The position numbers were made by a program, and so were the translations under genes. Under the pieces are notes generated by a model. The model searched no databases, was not told the origin of the DNA, and saw only the letters and a list, made by a program, of their open reading frames with translations. From NCBI RefSeq assembly GCF_004765795.1, contig NZ_SBIV01000005.1, forward strand, positions 186,001 through 250,000: a stretch of 64,000 nucleotides of DNA, read 5' to 3'. Position 1 is the stretch's first letter, and every line of letters starts with the position of its first letter. The stretch is from Halorussus marinus. Its GTDB lineage: Archaea > Halobacteriota > Halobacteria > Halobacteriales > Haladaptataceae. Shown here piece after piece: positions 57,915 to 64,000 of the stretch.

Positions 57915-59546
57915 TCAGTTCGCGAGCGTCGTGAACCTGTTTACCCCCTCGTCGGTGCCCGCCACCACGACGTCGTCGCCGTCCCGCAGACGGAAGTCCG
58001 GGTCGAGGTCGGTGATGACCGCGCCGTCGCGCTCGACGGCGACCACCGTACACCCGGTCCGGGCGCGCACGTCGGCCCCCGCGAGGGTCTGGCCGGCGAG
58101 CGCGGGCGCGGTGGTCCGGACGACCTCGATCTGTTTGTCCATCGAGATGACCTCCTCTTCTTCGAGGATGGTCGAGGCCAGCATCCGGCCAGAGATCCGC
58201 GAGAGCGCGAGGACGTAGTCGGCGCCCGCCCGATAGATCTTCCGGACGCTCTCGGTCTCCTCGGCGCGCGCGAGGATCTCGACGTCGGCGTCGAGGTCCC
58301 GGACCACCAGCGTGGCGAAGCTGGTGAGGGTGTCGTCGGCCAGCGACAGCACGACCGTCCGAGCGTTCTCGATGCCGGCCGCCCGAAGCGTCTCGGGGTC
58401 GGTCGCGTCGCCGACCACGTCGACGCCGGGGTTGTCCTCGACGTCGACGGTGGTGTAGGGCACGTCGGCGGCGGCCAGTTCGGCGGCGACCGTCGAGCCG
58501 ACCTCGCCGTAGCCGACCACGAGCACGTTGCCCCGGCGGGACGGTCGGACCGACGAGCGCGTCAGCGCCTTGAGCCGTTCGAGCCTGTCCTCTCGGCCCG
58601 CGACCAGCAGGATGGTCCCGGCGTCGATCTCGGCGTCGGGCGGCGGGGGCGTCTCGAACTCCCCGCGGACCCACGCGCCGATCACGTTCGCGCCCGCCCG
58701 CTCGCGGATCCCGCTCTCGGCGAGCGTCCGGCCCACGAGGTCGCTACCGCGCTGGACCGGGAGTTCGGCCACCTCGAAGTCCTCGCCGATCTCGACGCCG
58801 CCGTCGATCTCCGCGTTGACTCCGGTCGTCACCTTGTCGGCGAGGCTCTCGCCGAGGAGTTCGCGGGGCGACAGCACCGCGTCGACGCCGGCGAGTTCGT
58901 GGTACGCCGAGAGGTCGGGGTCCTCGACCACGCTGACCACCCGGACGTCGGCGGACGCCTCGCGGGCCGTGAGCACGATCCCGACGTCCTCCTCGTCGCT
59001 CGCGTCGGCGACCACCGCGGTCGCCTCCCCGACGCCGGCCGCCCGTAGCGTCTCGACCGATTGGGGGTCGCCGTAGATCACCTCGTAGCCCGACTCGTAG
59101 AGGTCGATCGCGCGCTCGCGGTCGGCCTCGATCACGACGTAGTCGACGCCCCACGAGCGAAACTCCTCGACGAGGGTCTCGACTCGCGGGGAGAACGTGC
59201 AGACGACGACGTGGTCTTCGAGGTCCTCGACGGCGGTCGGGACCGTTGTCGAGACGGCTTCCTCGAACAGCGGCACGACGAAGACGGGCAACGCCATGAA
59301 GATGAGCACGACGCCGGTGAGGTCCATCACCACCACGAGCGCGGTCATCTCCGGGCTCGTCCACGGCGCGTTCGAGCCGTAGCCGGTCGTCGTGAACGTC
59401 TCGACGACGACCTGAAGCGAGTGATAGAACGGCTGGGGCCGCCCCTCGAAGGCGGCCATCCCGTAGTCGTACACGACAGCGAAGCTCAGGATGATCACCA
59501 CGAGCGTGGCGAGATAAGAGGCGGTTCTGCGCTGCCACGAGTTCAT
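57915..59546 (-). CDS. Potassium channel with tandem RCK (TrkA-N/C) domains
   Basis: ETFTTTGYG pore signature; two RCK units. Confidence 0.88.
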   Translation of the reverse strand: MNSWQRRTASYLATLVVIILSFAVVYDYGMAAFEGRPQPFYHSLQVVVETFTTTGYGSNAPWTSPEMTALVVVMDLTGVVLIFMALPVFVVPLFEEAVSTTVPTAVEDLEDHVVVCTFSPRVETLVEEFRSWGVDYVVIEADRERAIDLYESGYEVIYGDPQSVETLRAAGVGEATAVVADASDEEDVGIVLTAREASADVRVVSVVEDPDLSAYHELAGVDAVLSPRELLGESLADKVTTGVNAEIDGGVEIGEDFEVAELPVQRGSDLVGRTLAESGIRERAGANVIGAWVRGEFETPPPPDAEIDAGTILLVAGREDRLERLKALTRSSVRPSRRGNVLVVGYGEVGSTVAAELAAADVPYTTVDVEDNPGVDVVGDATDPETLRAAGIENARTVVLSLADDTLTSFATLVVRDLDADVEILARAEETESVRKIYRAGADYVLALSRISGRMLASTILEEEEVISMDKQIEVVRTTAPALAGQTLAGADVRARTGCTVVAVERDGAVITDLDPDFRLRDGDDVVVAGTDEGVNRFTTLAN

Positions 59547-59609
59547 CGGGTTTGGGTTTTCAGTCCCCCGTTAAACGTGTTCGGGACGAGACTCGACGCC
59601 CACAGAGTT

Positions 59610-61050
<1,441 letters not shown>

Positions 61051-61087
61051 TCGACGGGGCGACCGCGGCGCCGACGGTCGGCCGCGA

Positions 61088-61369
61088 TCAGACCGCTTCG
61101 ACGCCCTCGACGCCGGCCTCGCCGGCCTGCAGGCACTCCTCGACCGATTCGGAGAGGAGATAGAGCTGTTTGCGCGCGTCGGGGATGTAGACGCGCTCCT
61201 CGATCACGTCGTCGTCTTTGAGTCGCTTGATCGAACTCCGGACCGTTCGCGGAGAGAGCCGCGTCCGATCGGCGATCTGTTGCTGTGTCAGCGGATCGTC
61301 GGCGTACTCCAGTACCTTGACGATGAGCTTTGCGCTGGGCGGCGCTTCGGGATCGAGACACTCAGTCAT
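61088..61369 (-). CDS. Small winged-HTH regulator
   Basis: PPSAKL...LTQQQIADRTRLSPRTVR...DARKQLY. Confidence 0.85.
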   Translation of the reverse strand: MTECLDPEAPPSAKLIVKVLEYADDPLTQQQIADRTRLSPRTVRSSIKRLKDDDVIEERVYIPDARKQLYLLSESVEECLQAGEAGVEGVEAV

Positions 61370-61538
61370 TCGTCTCCAACGTGACGCGCCACCCAATTAT
61401 ACGTTTGCTAACCCTGGTGAAACGAGGTTACCGCGAGGTAACCCCGTGACGGCAGTGGCGGGCGAGTTCGCGACGCCGCCGAATCGAAGGCAGTTCCGGC
61501 TTGAGAAGAACTAAGCGGGTTCGTCCCGGTTATCCGAT

Positions 61539-62333
61539 ATGTACCTTGCCGACCAGACGTGGCCCGAGTTGGGCGACTACGTCGCCGAGGAGTCGCTCGC
61601 GATCGTCCCGCTTGGCTCGACCGAACAGCACGGCCCGCACCTCCCGCTGTCGACCGACCACCGCATCGCCGAGTCGCTGGCCCGCGAGGCCGCCGACCGG
61701 ACGGGCTATCTCTGCACCCCGACGGTCGACGTCGGAGTCAGCCCCCACCACAAGCAGTTCCACGGCACGATGTGGGCCGACCCGCCAGAGTTCCGCGACT
61801 ACGTCGAGAGCTTCTCGCGGAACCTCGCGTACCACGGGATCGACCGCATCGTCTACGTCAACGCCCACGGCGGCAACCAGACCCACCTCCGGGAGGTGGG
61901 CCGGCGCCTCCGGCGCGAGGAGGTCGCCTACGCGATCGAGTGGATGTGGGACGAGTCGATTCCGGACCTCGTCGACGAGGTCTTCGAGACCAACGGCCCC
62001 CACGGCGGCCCGAAGGAGACCGCGATGATGATGCACATCGACCCCGACCTCGTGCGCGAGGAGAAACTGACCGACGCCCGCGACGGCGGGGCCGCCGACT
62101 GGCCCGACTCCGAGACGTACGTCCACGGCGCGCGCAACTTCTACGACTCGATCGACAACACCGACAACGGCGTGCTCGGCGACCAGACCGACGCCACTCC
62201 CGAGAAGGGCGAGCGCCTCTTCGAGGCCGCCAGCGACCAGTTGGCCCAGTTGCTGGCGTGGATCGACGACCGGCAGTTCGAGGACCTGATGGCCAAGCCC
62301 CACGTCGACCCCCAGCCCGGGAGCCGGCGGTAG
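61539..62333 (+). CDS. Creatininase/ArfB family amidohydrolase
   Basis: GSTEQHGPHLP..TD, NAHGGN, HGGPKET. Confidence 0.9.
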   Translation: MYLADQTWPELGDYVAEESLAIVPLGSTEQHGPHLPLSTDHRIAESLAREAADRTGYLCTPTVDVGVSPHHKQFHGTMWADPPEFRDYVESFSRNLAYHGIDRIVYVNAHGGNQTHLREVGRRLRREEVAYAIEWMWDESIPDLVDEVFETNGPHGGPKETAMMMHIDPDLVREEKLTDARDGGAADWPDSETYVHGARNFYDSIDNTDNGVLGDQTDATPEKGERLFEAASDQLAQLLAWIDDRQFEDLMAKPHVDPQPGSRR

Positions 62334-62383
62334 CGCCGGCCTCGGCCCCAACGCATACCCTCTCCGCCGTCGATCGGGTGGGC

Positions 62384-62635
62384 ATGAGCCACGATCCGAA
62401 CCGCGACCGCGCCGGCGCCGCCGACCGACGGCGCGACGACGAGTTCGACGGGGGCGTGTACGGCGAGGCGGGAACCGCCGACGCCGACGAGAGCTGGTGG
62501 GAACGAGAGCTGGCCTCGCTGGCGCTCGTCGTCGGTCTCGTCCTCTTTCTGTTCCCCGAGCCCGCCACCTCGGCGATCGGCATCTTCCTGATGGGCGCGG
62601 GCGTCGTGGCGTGGCTGGTCGAGTGGGCGCGGTGA
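62384..62635 (+). CDS. Small membrane protein
   Basis: LFLFPEPATS..G hairpin TM motif. Confidence 0.65.
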   Translation: MSHDPNRDRAGAADRRRDDEFDGGVYGEAGTADADESWWERELASLALVVGLVLFLFPEPATSAIGIFLMGAGVVAWLVEWAR

Positions 62636-62700
62636 GCAAGACGGACGAATCGCACGCCTAGGCGGGCCACACAGCGGGGCTCCGATACCGGCCCAACGGC

Positions 62701-63558
62701 TCACTCGAACCAGAGGTCGCCGAAGGAGTCGAAGACGGGCGCGTCGGTGTCGACGCGCTCGTAGCGCGCCCGGCGGTCTCGGGCGACCTCCTCGACGGCG
62801 TCGGCGTGGTCGTCGAATCGTTCCCGGTAGCCGCGCTCGAACCGCTCCCCGACGTACGCACGGAGAGACTCCTCGGACTCGAGTGCCTCGAACAGCGTGT
62901 CGCCTGCGGTCGGCAGGTCGCGCTCGCCGGGCGCGACGACGCGGGCGACCACGAGCTGGTTCGACGCGAGCGCTTCCAGCCCCGCCCCGACGGCGTCGGC
63001 GTCCTCAAGGAAGTCGCTGCAGACGACTACCAAAGCCTTCGAGTCGATTGTTGCGGCGTAGTCAGTCAGCGCGGTTTCGAACGCGGCCACGCCGTCGGGA
63101 TCGACCGCGTTGCACTCCTCGACCAGCCCGAGCACCTCACCGCGATTCGAGCGCCCGCGGTCGAGCCGACGAACCGCCGAGTCGAACACCGCGAACCGGA
63201 AGTCGTTGTGCTCGCGAGCGGTGAGATAGGCGAACCCGAGTCCGAGTTTGGCGGCGTACTCGAACTTGTGGGCGTCGCCGTTGCCGAAGTCCATCGACGC
63301 GCTGGCGTCGATCAGGACATGGACGGTGAAGTTGCGCTCGGCCTCGAACTGCTTGACGTAGAGCTCGTCGGTCCGGGCGTAGAGATTCCAGTCGATGAAC
63401 CGGGGCTCGTCGCCGGGCTCGTACCGGCGGTAGTCCGCGAACGTCAGTCCCTCGCCGACCGCCTCGGTCGTGCGCTCGCCGGGGCGTTCGGACCGGGGCC
63501 GCCGGTCTCGTCCCGCCTCGAACCGGTCGAGTTCGGCGAGAAACTCCGGTGTGATCAT
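62701..63558 (-). CDS. DUF58 (VWA-like) protein
   Basis: FADYRRYEPGDE..IDW, DASASM, SDF. Confidence 0.9.
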   Translation of the reverse strand: MITPEFLAELDRFEAGRDRRPRSERPGERTTEAVGEGLTFADYRRYEPGDEPRFIDWNLYARTDELYVKQFEAERNFTVHVLIDASASMDFGNGDAHKFEYAAKLGLGFAYLTAREHNDFRFAVFDSAVRRLDRGRSNRGEVLGLVEECNAVDPDGVAAFETALTDYAATIDSKALVVVCSDFLEDADAVGAGLEALASNQLVVARVVAPGERDLPTAGDTLFEALESEESLRAYVGERFERGYRERFDDHADAVEEVARDRRARYERVDTDAPVFDSFGDLWFE

Positions 63559-64000
63559 CTCTCTGTGACGAGTCGCTCGATCACGTCGTCGGGAGTCGCT
63601 CCCTCGCGCTCGGCCCGGAAGTCGACCACGATCCGGTGGCGCAACACCGGCTTCGCCATCGCGGTCACGTCGGCGGCGTCGACGTGAGTCCGACCCTCCA
63701 TGAGCGCCCGAGCCTTCGCCGCTCGCACCAGTGACATGCTCGCGCGCGGGCTGGCGCCGTATTCGAGATCCTCGTGAGCCCGGGTCGCTCGAACGAGGCC
63801 GACAGCCAGATCCCGAACGTCGTCCGCGATCGGGACCCTATGGGTGAGCCGCTGCATCCGGCGGAGCTCGCGGGCCGAGACCTGCTCGTCGACCGAGACC
63901 GAGGCGTCGACGTCGCCGGTGTACCGGTCGACGATCTCGCGCTCGGCGTCGGCCGACGGGTAGTCGACGACGACTTTCAGAAGAAAGCGATCCGACTGGG
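63555..64000 (-). CDS. MoxR family AAA+ ATPase (C-terminal part)
   Basis: DRFLLK..VDYP, GASPRA, AKARA, VLRHRI. Confidence 0.88.
   Translation of the reverse strand, partial: QSDRFLLKVVVDYPSADAEREIVDRYTGDVDASVSVDEQVSARELRRMQRLTHRVPIADDVRDLAVGLVRATRAHEDLEYGASPRASMSLVRAAKARALMEGRTHVDAADVTAMAKPVLRHRIVVDFRAEREGATPDDVIERLVTER

Noticed and set aside
61426..61443. Palindrome ggttacc-gcga-ggtaacc upstream of the small HTH gene
   Set aside because: Single short instance; may be an operator but support is insufficient.

Overview
High-GC haloarchaeal (Halobacteria) chromosome-type segment with about 75 genes, acidic proteins and many Tat or lipoprotein signals. Recognisable genes include: a ParA-family ATPase with a coupled small partner gene; a stand-alone MCM N-terminal domain; CsaA; succinate-semialdehyde dehydrogenase; CetZ; a proteasome-beta-like protein; DyP-like and P19-like Tat lipoproteins; a PhnDCEE transporter beside GDPD and HAD-IIA genes; a TFB paralogue; HflX; a PGF-CTERM surface protein; a glycosyltransferase and phosphodiesterase cluster; the coxB-coxAC-IV oxidase operon; glycerate kinase; a K+ channel; thiC; DUF58; and a partial MoxR. 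I saw no rRNA, tRNA, CRISPR array or transposase. The strongest candidates for undescribed biology are: (1) arrays of 6-bp-phased CGTTTn hexamers, plus a perfect 22-bp palindrome, bracketing the parA-partner operon like a centromere (parS/parC-type) site; (2) a near-leaderless 8-codon uORF and a leader with alternative pairings in front of hflX, resembling a translation-sensing attenuator; (3) a second uORF-plus-hairpin leader near 55.2 kb; and (4) a proteasome-beta homologue lacking the Thr1 and Lys33 equivalents. All calls were made by eye, with no database searches.
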